Origin: Zygnema circumcarinatum SAG 698-1b
Taxonomy: Eukaryota; Plantae; Zygnematophyceae
Length of the DNA: 64,000 nucleotides
NCBI GenBank assembly: GCA_037447605.1
Contig: CM074806.1
Coordinates: forward strand, 3,100,001 to 3,164,000
Direction of reading: 5' to 3'
The position numbers were made by a program, and so were the translations under genes. The notes below the pieces were generated by a model. That model did not search any database. It was given only the letters and a program-made list of their open reading frames with translations, and was not told the origin of the DNA. This document shows, one piece after another, positions 25,301-37,623 of this stretch. Every line of letters begins with the position of its first letter. Position 1 is the first letter of the stretch.

Positions 25301-28300
25301 AGACCCCGCCATTAAATCTCATCCCCGCAACGACCACCTATCCATTTGCACCCTACGGACTCCCCTCCTCATAAACGTGACAAGGCCGGAGCCCCATCCC
25401 CGCCGCCTCGGACACGCGATCGCCGAGGTTGCCGCGTGATTAACCGCCTTGTCCAATCCCCATCACTTCCTCGTTTACGCCAAGCCCGATCGCCGGTGAT
25501 TGCAATCGGCTTCTTCTCGCGCAGTGCTCCCTCACAACCGCCATCCTCATTCTCATCCCCTCGCCATTCTCCTCGCCATCGGAAGCCAACGGCGCCAGCC
25601 CGCACGGTGCCCACCGGCCGCCACCCCTCGTCTCAAGAACTTCAGTCATCCTCCTCCACGGGTCATCCTCGGGATCCCTCGGCCAGGAGGAAACAAGATC
25701 TCAATGGGTTAGGAGCCGACAGCCGGGCAAGCAGCCAGTAGCCGACGCAAGCAATCCCAGCGACCAAGAGATGCACGTCAATCCACCCCATCGCCCTCGG
25801 GCAGCTCGTTTCTACCCCCAAGCAGCCGATCGTCGACCACCCCCCCCGACAGACGGCCTATCCCTGATTGAACGCATGGTTCATCAACTCATGGGAGACA
25901 AGGCTAAGATCGGCATTACCTTGTCACAGTTGATGCAGCTTGTACCAGGTGCTGCCGCCGTAGTTCGAAAGCTAGCCGACAGTGCAGAGGCCACCTTGCG
26001 GCCTCCCACGGTTCCTATGGCATCTCCTCCGACGTCCTCAGCCAAATTGACATATCCACCACCACACGGGCGACGGGCGCTTCCTCCCCACTCCTCTCCC
26101 GCCATCCTCCCTCGCCAGATTCGGGGATCCTCCCTCCTCGACCCCCACACCCAACGCGCTGGACCATCATATTAACGATGGGCTCAACGGTCATCCAAAG
26201 AAAGTTACGATTTACACTTGGCTATGCTGCTAGCCGGCCTGCCCAAGCCCGTGATGAAGCGTGCTGCTGGACAAGCACACTTCAGCCCCATCCCTGGACA
26301 TGGGAGTCAAGGAGCTTACATTTAAGGATCAAGGCTGCCTGGTCATCGGGCTTCGGGCGTAGATGGAGCTACGGCTCAACGCAAATATCACGCGGGCCAA
26401 AATAACACTATTCTATCCTCATGGCTCAGATTGGATCATCGCTGATGGGAGCAAACCACTTTGCTAGCACTGCCAATCGCGACCTACCTGGCCAAGTGGA
26501 CAGAATGCCTCTTCCCCATCATCCTCGAAGTCCCTCACCACCTCCTGCCTCTTCCCTAAGCCACGCCACGGCCAGGCCCCTCCTACCCTGAGATCACTGA
26601 GCAAAATTATCTTGGCCTAAGAACTCCCATTCTTCTTATGGATCGCTACAATTCGGGCACCGGCTTATTCCCTCCTCAAGCCCTCCTCCTCCCAGCCTGC
26701 CTCCCCAGACGACCTGGGGTTAATCCCAAGTTGCCGCCAAGGATGGCCTACACTCCACCTTTTCCCTATGAGACCATCGCTGATGAGGTGAGTGGCCGGA
26801 AATGGGGTAGATGTGCGATTAGCTCGTAGCCCCCTGCATCCGGACAAGATTCTCAATACGCTTGCGTCAGCGCCGAAATCATCAAGCTGTGACGACATTC
26901 ACTCGACATCGGGTAAGACCACTCTGATTGGAAGCATCACATCGTATATCGGGATGCGCCTCCCTCGCGGATGACCTCGGACTCTCATCAGTTTTCCGCC
27001 GCAGCTGGTGCCGATGCCTAAATCCACGCATCGACGAGAACGCGGGTCGGCCGGATTGATGGAATCTCCGGAGAAGGGCCGCTGGGCCAGCCCGCCGCCG
27101 CCCCCAAACCGGACGCACACTCCGCTTCGGGACTAAATTTAAACCGAATCTACAACGGCCGGGATCCTGGTACACATTACCGATACGTGGACCTCGACCA
27201 CCTGCCCCGGCGACCGTGGTTCTCGCGAGATCATTACGCAATCCTCCCGCATCCCCTCAGCAGTCGCATCGTCGCGAAGATGGCTTCGCATGCCCACGCG
27301 CTTTGTGCAAGGGATGCGCTTCCATTCGGGCTCAAGAATTCCGGGCCGACTACCGCCGCTGTAACCAGGAAATTCGGGCTCCTTGTCGCGGCCTTCTCAT
27401 GAGCTCTTACGCGGGATGATGTTTTCATCCACGTTAAAGGATCGGTCCTCCACTGCAACATCGGTATTCGGGCAAGTCCCTTAAATTGGCCCGCTAAGGC
27501 TCAAGATTGCACCTGGGTTAGTGCAAATGGGGCCACCTGTGATCAACATCTCGCAATCACGCAGATCACTGCCCTCAAACCACTGATAAGATCAGTTTAC
27601 CGCCTTTATGCCGATTCCACACCACTCAGCCTGCCAAGTCTTTCTTGGGCTCACCTCATTCTATCAGCCGGCTCATCAAGGGCTATGCCCCCTACCTGAC
27701 GCCCCCAAGCATGCCTTGGAGAAGCACGAGTCCAATACGAATGGAAAGCCGAAGTAGGATTTTGCCTTCCACGCCACAAGAGTGCCTCGGCTCCTTGCCC
27801 TGACCACCTCCTGGACCCCACCCCTCCCACCACACACGCCGACCGAGTCGTGACAGGCTTGGGGCAAAGGGGCCACCGGGTTATTCTACATGTGGGGAAC
27901 ACCGTCAGTTTTGCAAGGTGGTCCTGCTCAGAAACCGAGACCAAGTATAGCCCTACTGAGGGAGAGGCCGCGGCTATCCTCTGGGCACTCGAGAAGTTCA
28001 AGCTCTTCACAGCCTACCAGCCCGTTATCATCCGAACTGACCACATGCCCCCTCACTTGGCTGCATATCATGGCCACCCTCCGACCTAAGTTTGCACGAT
28101 GGGTGATGAAGTTGGAGGAGTATAATGTGCGAAGGTCACCATCGCCCCGCCGTAGTCACTTACTGCCGGGACGCCTCGGCCGCAATCCTTCCGCCCTCCT
28201 CTCGGCTACCTATCCGCCGCTCTCAACCCATCCCTCCACCCACCCTCTTGAACCCTGAGCATCTTCCCATTGAGATTTTTATTGCCGCTCAAGCCCTGCA

Positions 28301-31085
28301 TGATGTCCTATTCGCAGATGGGCTGATCGATATTCCGGCCACCGCCACCACCCTCCATCACTGAGGACTGACTTCACCCACGGGCCACCCCCCATGCTGA
28401 GATCCGCTGGAAAACCTCATGGATGACCTATATGGCGACGCCTCTTACTTCCTCCCCATTTCCCCTCAGCCGCCAATGACGCCCATCTGTGACTCCTCCC
28501 TTCTCGCGCTTACGCTATGACCCGCCGCGACGCTGCCCCCTTTGTCACGATACCGAGGTGGGCTCGCTGCTCCGCCAAGGCCGAACTTCTCGGGTTTCGA
28601 TGATACCTACGATTCTTCTACATTCCTTCCGCCCCATCTCCCCTAACGAGCGCCCTCGAAATCCCGACGCCGCCCACGATGCCCAACCAACCTGTGCTTC
28701 CCCCACCGCCGGCGAAGATGGTGGCTTTGCCGCAGAACGCTACTATTGGCCCGCCTCCATGGCGCTGCGGAACCGCCATCGCACCTCGCACTCCGGGCCG
28801 CTAACGCCGCAGCGCGCCTCGCTTCCGACCGCCAACCCCGAGATGGGTGAGATCCCAATACGCGGCGTCGCCGAGGATTGGAACATTGACACCTTTTCTA
28901 TCCCCCAGCTCGGCACCCCCTCTGGCTACGTTCGGGTCTTCCTAGCCGTGGACAGATACACCAAGTGGGTGAAGTTCACACGACAGAATCTAAGCATTCC
29001 ATCCACTCTGCTCGCCTCCTGACGGCCATCATTCACCGCCACTTCTACCCTACTCGCCCACTCGACAACGCACCGAATACAAGGGGCATTTGCCAAGCTC
29101 ATGCAGGACTTCCGCATCATTCACCACACCTCCAGCCCTTACTCCCCCTGGCAGAATGGGCTTGCAGAACGTACCATTCAGACGGTCAAGGATGCGTGCG
29201 TCCGCGGCTGCGCGGAGCTGGAGGCGGACTGGCGCGAGGTCATCCCCTCCCTGGTCTTCACGTATAACACCTCCGTCCACTCCTCCACGGGCTTTCCCTC
29301 ACGAAGCCTCTCTATGGCCGTGAAGCCCCGCGATTCCCTCGACTCCTCCTCTCACAGCCCTCTTCTAATGATGACGCTACCCCCGATCGGGTCGCCTGGG
29401 CCAGCCTCCTGGCCCTCCGCTTCCAAACCTGGGGATTCCATGGCTCTCCCACCACCAACGGTGCCACGTGACGCATAACTCACCACTTTGGGAGGCTCGA
29501 CGCCAGCCGCTTCTCCCGCCCAATCGTAGCCACATCACCATTTGGCCTGTGTGACCCCGCCAAACCCACTCCAACGGCTTTTCCGTGGTTGGGCCCCTTC
29601 ATTTGTGTCGGTCCGCCGGAGATCCCGTGTTGGGCCATCATTTCGAGGCTCACTCCCAGTGGGCACCGCCGCGCCGGCGCGTTTCACACCGATCGACTGC
29701 GGCCGCCACGCCGCCGTTCCTCCCCCGCTGATGTATCGAAGCGTTTGGTACCGATACGCGTCTCCTCGCATCTCCCCGCCATGACGACCTCATTGGTCCA
29801 TTTCCTAATTCCCGCCACTTTACCGCTGCTCACATTGCGCTCAGCCGGCCGTAACTTTCGATTTCTGAATTTGTCTTTACTCCTCCTCCACCTCCGATCC
29901 CTACCGATACCCCCATTCGGTCGTACGCTGAAGCTTCTCCGTGACGGCCGCCGACTCGCTGCCCCCGCTCCACGCTATCATGGTCCCTCTCGCCTCTTTT
30001 TTGTTCTCCTTATACCAAGCAGGGCGTATGCTTTGTTTTCTCGCATGTGCTATGATGTAGCGAACGGAGCTGCGTTCGACGGATTTGCGGCCGGCCAGTT
30101 TGTACTTGACGTATGCCTCTTTCCGTCACGGACAATCCAATCCGTGAGTCGCCAACCCGAGATTGAGAGAAGGCGGCGCCATGTGTTGGCGGCTCCACGG
30201 AATGTAAAGACACCATCCAAAGAAGGCGCACTCGAACACCGCCTCGAGGCCGCCGACATTATCATTCGCTGACCTATCCGGCTCCACGTAGTCAGCCGTG
30301 CCTCTCGCGCTGGGCCACTAGACCGTCAATGCTTAAGACTCAAGATCTATTGTCGGGCAGCAAGTAGATGGGATGTCGTTGATGCTTTTTGTCTTTAGTG
30401 CCGGGCTTAGTATTTGTATTTGCCGTAGGTTTGTTGTCTTGTTCTTCTTTCTTCTTTTCCTTCCTCTTCGCCATGTTAAATGCATGCTAAGTAAGAGAGA
30501 GAGAGAGAGAGAGAGTTCCATGCCATAGATGGGAGAGAGAGAGAGAGAGAGAAAAGAGTCTCTTGTCGATAAGTAGCATTTAGACGCCCCATTCAGCCCA
30601 AGTAGACAAAGATTTCGAGAAGACAATTTCATTGTAATGACATCAGCCCAACGCCGGCCGGTGAGTTTCCAAAATACGCATCCTTTATCTAAGTTGTGTC
30701 CCTTGCTTTCCTCATTGGGCCACTAAGTGCCAAGCTCCCTATCTTGCTCTATCTCGCCTTGCATTGCTCTCATAATGACCAATGATCACTAGAAGCCTAG
30801 CTAAGAGACTAGCCGAGGAGAGGATGTGTGGGAGGAGGGTCCTCAAGGAAGGGCTTCTTGGCGCATCAAGTCCAAATGGGTGGGAACGTAGCTCTCGTAA
30901 TCCCTATCACTTCACAAGGCTGCACCTCCTCAATCCTGATCCTGGCTCTATGCCGCCAGCACTCCACAGCACTAGCCTCTAACCTTACGCCAGCTTTCAA
31001 AGATGGGACACGCTGAGTGGTTGCATAAAGACCTGCAATTTGGGCTTCAAGCAGCTTTGTTTAACCCTACTTATCTTAGGCTACA
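22329..31085 (+). mobile_element. Degenerate Ty3/gypsy LTR retrotransposon (LTRs about 22329-23349 and 30056-31085)
   Basis: About 1-kb direct repeats; the 3' LTR has TGTAG...CTACA ends. Candidate 4-bp TSD AAGC (22325-22328 and 31086-31089). Domain order is RT (PFGLKNSGP, YA-DDVFI), RNase H (YSPTEGEAAAILWALEKFK...IIRTDH), then integrase (VFLAVDRYTKWV, SPYSPWQNGLAERTIQTVK, YNTSVHSSTG, GPF). Confidence 0.85.
26180..29800 (+). pseudogene. Frameshifted gypsy pol (PR-RT-RH-IN)
   Basis: Recognisable RT, RNase H and integrase motifs are spread over several frames with many indels and stops. Confidence 0.8.
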
Positions 31086-31187
31086 AAGCTCAGAATCGCT
31101 AGTACAAATTTAGTACGGGCTAGTACGCTTAGTACGGATAATACGGTTTTTAGGTTTTGTGGGTTTTAAGGGTACGTAATAGTACGG

Positions 31188-32199
31188 GTAGCGTAACGGA
31201 GCCGCTGCTCGACGGACTGCTGCTGGCCAATGGTATTTCGGATATATGCCTCTTCCGCGGTCACGGATCGCCGGAATCCGTGAGCCGCCGACGGAGAATG
31301 GGCGGTGAAGGCGGGCGCTTGATGTGTTGGCGCCCACTTTAACAAGACACCATCCAAAGACGGGCAAGATTCCGTACACCTAAGGCCGACATTATCATTC
31401 GCTGACCTATCCGGAGCACTCCACGTGAGTCGGGCCAGGCCTCAAAGGGCAGTTGGCCAATCGAGGTCAGTCACCGCTAAGGCTCAAGATCTATTGTCGG
31501 GCAGCTAAGTAGATGGGATGTCAGCGGATGCTTTTTGTCTTTTAGTGCTGGGCTTAGTATTTGTATTTGCTGTGTGGTTTGTCTTCTTGTTCTTCTCTTC
31601 TTCCTCTTCAGTTCCAGCAACAGATGCTAAGTGTGAGAGAGAGAGAGAGTTCCATGCCATAGATAGAGAGAGAGAGAGAAAAGAGTCTTCTTTGGCCGAT
31701 AAAGATTTAGACGCCCCATTCAGCCTAGACAAAGATTTCAAATGGTAAGATCCTTTCATCAGAATGACTATCCCCACCCAACCGCCGGGCCGGGGTGACT
31801 TTCCAAAATACAACCTTTATCTAAGTTGAGTACTGTTTTCCCTTTGCTGTCACTATGCCAAGCTACCATCTTGTCCTATTCTGCCTTACGCTCATCCCAA
31901 TGACCGATGATAACTAGAAGCCTAGCTAAGAGAATAGCCGAGGAGAGGACAGGGGAAGAGAGCCCCCAAGGAAGGGCTCTTTGCACATCGAGACCAGCCG
32001 CCGGTGGGAACATCTTCGGGATCCCTACGTCTTCCGCTGCGCGTACCTCTCAATCTCCCGGATCCTGGCTCTATGCTGCAGGCAGACCCACAGCACCAAC
32101 CCAACCCTTCATTAGTTTCAGCACGGACGCGCGAGTGGCCGTACAGCACCTGCAACTAGCTCAGCAGTCTTCTCTTAACCCCACTTATCTTGTGCTACA
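31188..32199 (+). mobile_element. Solo LTR of the same gypsy family
   Basis: Colinear with the other two LTRs and ends ...GCTACA. Candidate TSD ACGG at 31184-31187 and 32200-32203. Inserted in MITE GTACG repeats. Confidence 0.8.
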
Positions 32200-32638
32200 A
32201 CGGCTAACACGAAGTTACCGTACAAAATGGTGGTTTCGGCAAAATCGGGGCGAATTTCTTGGGGACGCACTTTTGAAGGTGGAAAATATGACGGGGTCCT
32301 ACTGTACTGTAACTGCGCTGTACGGATGTGCTTCAGGAAGGCCTCGCACCTGCAAATCGCACTCCCCGCGTCGGACGAAAAGGTACCACCTTCGTACGGA
32401 TTGCGATCGCCCGCCGTACGACAACGCGCTCGGGCGGCGACAGCGGAACGGCGGCCGGGCGCCACGCTGGCCGGTCCGCCCACTTGACATGCTGCCGTTC
32501 GCCGCGTGGCGGGTTGACATGGCGCCATGCCAGCCACGTGGGCAAAGGTGTCGAAAGCGTGCCACGGGCGCTTGCCTCCCCTCCCGTCCCTCCCTTAGAG
32601 GGAGGCCGGGACCTGGACTTACTCGCGGCTGGCCCGCC

Positions 32639-35600
32639 ATGGCGGGAAGGCCGGCCCTTCCGCATGCTCTGTGGACATTCTGGAAAAGCGCGGAGGCCGC
32701 ACCCGCCTGCAGTTGGCTCCGCGCCTGTTCTGTGTCTGCAGGGAAATCGTGCGTGGGCCGGGTTCCTGCTGTTTCTCCTTCATGTGGAACATTACACTAT
32801 GGAGGAGCAGCAGAAAGGCCATGGATCGCAGAAACCTCGTATCCAACGCAAAGAAGCTATTCATGGCGGTCCGCATGGATGCATTTGAGGCCGAGGAGCA
32901 GTGAAGCAGCTGATTCTCAAGAGCAGGCGAAGTTTTTAAAGGATACAAAAGCTTTTCTTCCTGGAACGAAACCGGAGGAGAAGCCGCGCGTGGTGGTGCT
33001 TGGAACAGGCTGGGCGGGAGCTCGCTTTATGAAGGACTTGAACACAAAGGTGAGAGCTATTGTTTCCTTTTCCTCCATTCATCGCGTCACTGCTTCTGTA
33101 TGTACTTTGCAAGAAAAGTGAAAGCGCAGCTTGTTAAAGATATGAAAGTATGATTTAGCAAAACAAAATAAATATTAATAAATAACATTAATATTAATAT
33201 TATTACATAGGTACTCTGTACATTTTCCTATTTTGTTCAATACTGTTTCTTTCGTAGTCACGAATTCAATAATTTAGGACTACTGTACATCGCCGTCTAC
33301 ACCGTATGTTCACCTGCTTTCTGGCCGACTGAGCGGTTGGACGTCCCCGTTGTATCACAAGTATGTATATAATAGTTAGGCGTTTGGTTTCACTTATGTG
33401 TTTGAACGGAAGACTAGTGTCGCTTGTAGTCGATTGATATTGTTGATTGGCTTAAACATCAGGACAAGTTCTTGTTTTCCTATTTTACAGTAACCCTGTA
33501 TAGAGAAGCCAATTGCAGCTAACTTTTCGTATCGAATTTTCTTTCAGTTTGGAGAGGTTTCCTCGTTCTAAGTGTCAGTGTTTGCCCTGAATATATGTAA
33601 TGATGTCCCTGAATTTGTTGCCTAACATGCAGCTCATAACAATGTTAACAATATGAAGCCCAGTGAGCTATACAGCGAGCCATGTCTATTTTCCATTGTT
33701 AATGGCTATGGGTATGGCAATAGTGACATGCATGGCAATAGTGACATGCTGTCGTTGCTGCTGTCCAATATCCATTGAAGTGTGTGATCATTGCCAGCCC
33801 AATCCCCTCTCCCCCAACCTTACTGAACCAATCAATCAATCTGGTGTATTGCTACTGTCAGATTCACGACATCGTGTGCATATCACCTCGCAACCACATG
33901 GTGTTCACGCCACTCCTCGCTTCCACATGTGTCGGAACGCTTGAATTTCGATCCGTTGCCGAACATGTGCGCAATATTCAGCCTGCTCTCTCGCATTCTC
34001 CTCAGAGCTACTTCTACCTGGCCAGGTGTACCGGCATAGACACAGACAGGCACGAGGTAGGCCCCAAGAAACCATCATTCTCATATTCCCATCAGAGATT
34101 TTGGAGACTTTTAGACATGCTGAAGTAGTGAGTTCATCCACTTATTGGGATCCCTTTTTTGCAGATTACCTGCCAAGTGGACGACGGAATTCACTCTGAC
34201 GATAATGGATATCCGTTCCGTGTAGCGTACGACAAGCTTGTGATTGCCTCTGGTGCAGAAGCTTCGACGTTCAACATTAGAGGAGTACGCGAGCATGCCA
34301 TTTTTCTGCGTGAAGTGCAGGATGCTCAGGCTGTTCGCAGAAAACTGCTTACTAACCTAATGAAGTCGGAAATTCCAGGTGAGTTGCCGAGGTTTCTCTT
34401 CCTTCAACAGTCTTCTTGCAGTTCCTTGTTTTCTCTCATTTCTTACTCGAATGAGGCTCCTACGCACCGCAGGTCTTAGCCAGGAGGAAAAGCAAAGGCT
34501 GGTACATTGCGTGGTAGTAGGAGGAGGTCCAACAGGAGTTGAATTCAGTGGCGAGCTCAGCGACTTCATCCACCGTGACGTCCGCAACAAATATACGCAT
34601 GTCAAAGATCTCGTGCACGTTACTCTAATCGAGGTATCCAGCATTCCTCCCCTTCCCGTGCCTCATAGGTACTAGCTACAAAATCCTCAGAAGGCCGTTC
34701 TTTTCCTTTCATATGCGCAGGCCAACGAGATTCTGTCCACTTTTGACGTGAGACTGCGAGAATACGCTACTCGGCAGCTGCAAAGGGTGAGAAGAACCTT
34801 AAGCCAATGAATCCTAGGAATGGAGTGTCGCTCTCTTTCTCGTATCCATTGAAGCGCAACTACTACGCCTTCGAGAAACTGAAGCAAAATATGCAGGTTT
34901 TGTTGGGTGCGCTCTTCTGGACGCAAAGGCAGGAGTGCGACTTGTGAATGGCATGGTGAAGGAGGTGTTCCCCGACCACCTCCTTCTAACAGATGGCAGC
35001 GAGGTGAAATACGGAGTCCTTGTCTGGTCCACAGGAGTCGGCCCTTCCAACTTCATCAAGTCGCTCCCATTTGAGAAGTCTCCTGGAGGGAGGTGAGCGC
35101 CACTAAGGACAGCTCAGAAGGTTTTAGAAAGGGAATCGGCAAGCATTGCATCAGTGCTTTTCTTTCGTGAACAGTTTCTTTCTGCCTTTTTATGGTATGG
35201 TGTTGAATCGTTTAGAGGGAGGATGGGAATGCAGAGTGGGAGTGGACGAATACTTGCGGGTGCCTGGTGTAGAGGATGTGTATGCGATTGGAGACTGTGC
35301 AGGCTACCTGGAAAGTACAGGGAAGTCGGTGCTTCCAGCTTTGGCACAGGTAATGGAGCAGCAGCAGCGCCTCCCTTCTCTCCTCTCAGTTCTATGCTTG
35401 CACATCCCGAAGGACTTTTCTTCATTGCATGCTGACAGCTCCTTCTTTTGCAGCTTGACAAATGGTACTGGAATCTTTGCTCCCCAAGCTTTCTTATCGG
35501 ACGTTTCACGGGGAATGTACTTCCCATGGCTCGGCAGGTTGCGGAGCGGCAGGGAAAGTACTTGGCGCGGGCCTTCAATGCTGTGGGGAGAGCGGGGGGC

Positions 35601-36046
35601 GGCAAGGCGGGCTTTGAAGGAAAGCTCCCGGGGGAGCCCTTTGCGTACCGCCACCTGGGCAGCATGGCCACCGTCGGACGGTACAAGGCTCTCGTGGACC
35701 TTCGGCGGACCAAGGTGCGCTCAGACACCGGCCGTGGCAAGGGAGGGGGCAATTGAGCTATTTTGGGTCTGGGGGCGGGGAGGGAAGGCCGGAGGAGCTC
35801 AAATGTGAAATGAGATAAGTTGGGGGGGGGCGTGAGGAAGAAGGGGGGCGAGAGAGGGCTCAAGGGGAGGTCTTGTTTTGATGTGGTGTGCAGAACTCGC
35901 GTGGCATCTCCATCGCCGGGTTCATTAGTTGGATGATCTGGCGCTCGGCCTACCTGACGCGTGTCGTCAGTTGGCGGAATCGTTTTTATGTGGCTGTGAA
36001 TTGGACGACAACTTTCTTCTTTGGTCGTGACATTTCAAGAATTTGA
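32639..36046 (+). CDS. NDA: Type II (alternative) NAD(P)H:ubiquinone oxidoreductase, NDA type
   Basis: Exons 32639-33049, 33862-34056, 34165-34378, 34473-34633, 34721-34786, 34929-35092, 35235-35349, 35538-35714, 35894-36046. Motifs [61 protein letters not shown] and [16 protein letters not shown]-terminus ...GRDISRI*. No EF-hand insert. Start ATG is tentative. Confidence 0.93.
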
Positions 36047-37623
36047 CTTGTACATATGTGCGGGTAGCAGCAAGGCAGCTGAATGAGCTGGGAAAGGGTG
36101 GGTGTGAGAAGAGAGCGAACACAGAAAACGTCAGTCTCAGTTTTCCTTGTTTTCTATGTCACTGTCAAGTACTTTAGCGCCCAAATTGTACAATAAAGCG
36201 GGCGAGCCTCTTCGCTTCCCTGGCCAGTGAATGGCCGCATGAGACCTGCAACACATTGCCCATGTTGCGGCGGCCATGGGCGAAAGGTGGCCCGAAGGCA
36301 ACTGACGCTCGCAGGCAGTTGGCCGCTGCGCTGTCGGCTGCCAACCGCCTCACATCGAAAATAACGGCCACAAACGTTCGTACACCACCGGACTCCAATG
36401 GTTGGGGGGCTCCGACGAGTCCGCGACGTGGCAACGTAGATTGGCCTGGCGGGGTTTGGACGGACCTCTGCCAGCTGGCGACCAACCGCTGCAGCAAAGC
36501 TCGAACGGCGTGCCGCGTGCGTGCGAGTAATATAGCGACAAAATTCCTGACACGTGCTCGCTAGAAAACGCGGTTATAAAAATCAGATCTCCGTACAATA
36601 CCGGCAGAAAAAATTGACTGTCCCTACATGGATCTCGGCACCACCGCAACGGACGCTGTCTCCGTACAGCGGATTTCCCCATTTCCTTGGATTCCACAGC
36701 TGTAGCCCTCGTCCAATAAAATTACGACACGCAGGCAAGTGGTGCCCTATGCCTTCTACGCGCACATCTATTCTATGGAAGGCGCATTTCTGTTGCCGTA
36801 CAGCGTCGCTTCCTCGGCATCTGGTCGAAGCTCCGAGTTGCAAACTGGGCCGGAAAGTTTCAAACTCGCTTCAACTTCAAATGTTCAACTTCAACAAACG
36901 GTACTATTCAAGTGCGAGATGACATCATCAAAGTTGAACCACGTCAGCATTTTTGTCGAATTTCTTCTACGAAGTTAGACGGGCCCTGAAGGCCGCGAGC
37001 AGCCGGCAGCCTTCAGGGTGGCCTAGAAGTCGCCGCCGCTTCCCATTGGCGGGCCCAAACCGCGCGGCGCGCCCCACCGTCAGATGCGATCGGACGGTCC
37101 CCGATCGCCCTCGCACGCCCTGCGCCTCGCTGGCGGGCTGACGCCCTGCGGCTGCTAGTGTGGCTATGGCCAATGAGGGGACGCCACGTGGAAAGCACAT
37201 GTACGAATCACACGTGGCGCTACCATCGAGGAGGTCGTCTGCTGCGGCGGCCTGAGATACTCCCTGGAGACCGTCATAATGTACGAACTGTACGGATGGG
37301 AAGTAGAGACCTGCGTCTTTCATTGCCTCATGCCCCTGCGCCTCCCATTGCTCTGCCTCCCTCCCTCCCTCCCTCCCTCCATCAATCTTCAACGCTCTCC
37401 TTGTCCCCTCTCTCCTGCTAAAGCATGCCGCCCTTGGATGAGGCGGGGGTGGGCAATAATATGAGGGGGCCGATTCAGCCTTATGTTGTCTTTGCACCGG
37501 TGCGTGAACCAGAACTGATCCTGAAGGAGTCAGAACTTCCAGAATAAGGTTCCTGTTAGAGATAAAGGAATCGCAAGGCTCAGTCATGATCTGCAAACTG
37601 TTGAAGGAGATGCCTTGCCGAAA

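Noticed and set aside
35114-35863. 249-aa minus-strand ORF and similar antisense ORFs over NDA, HK, FLA and ACA exons
   Set aside because: These are shadow ORFs of GC-rich sense exons.
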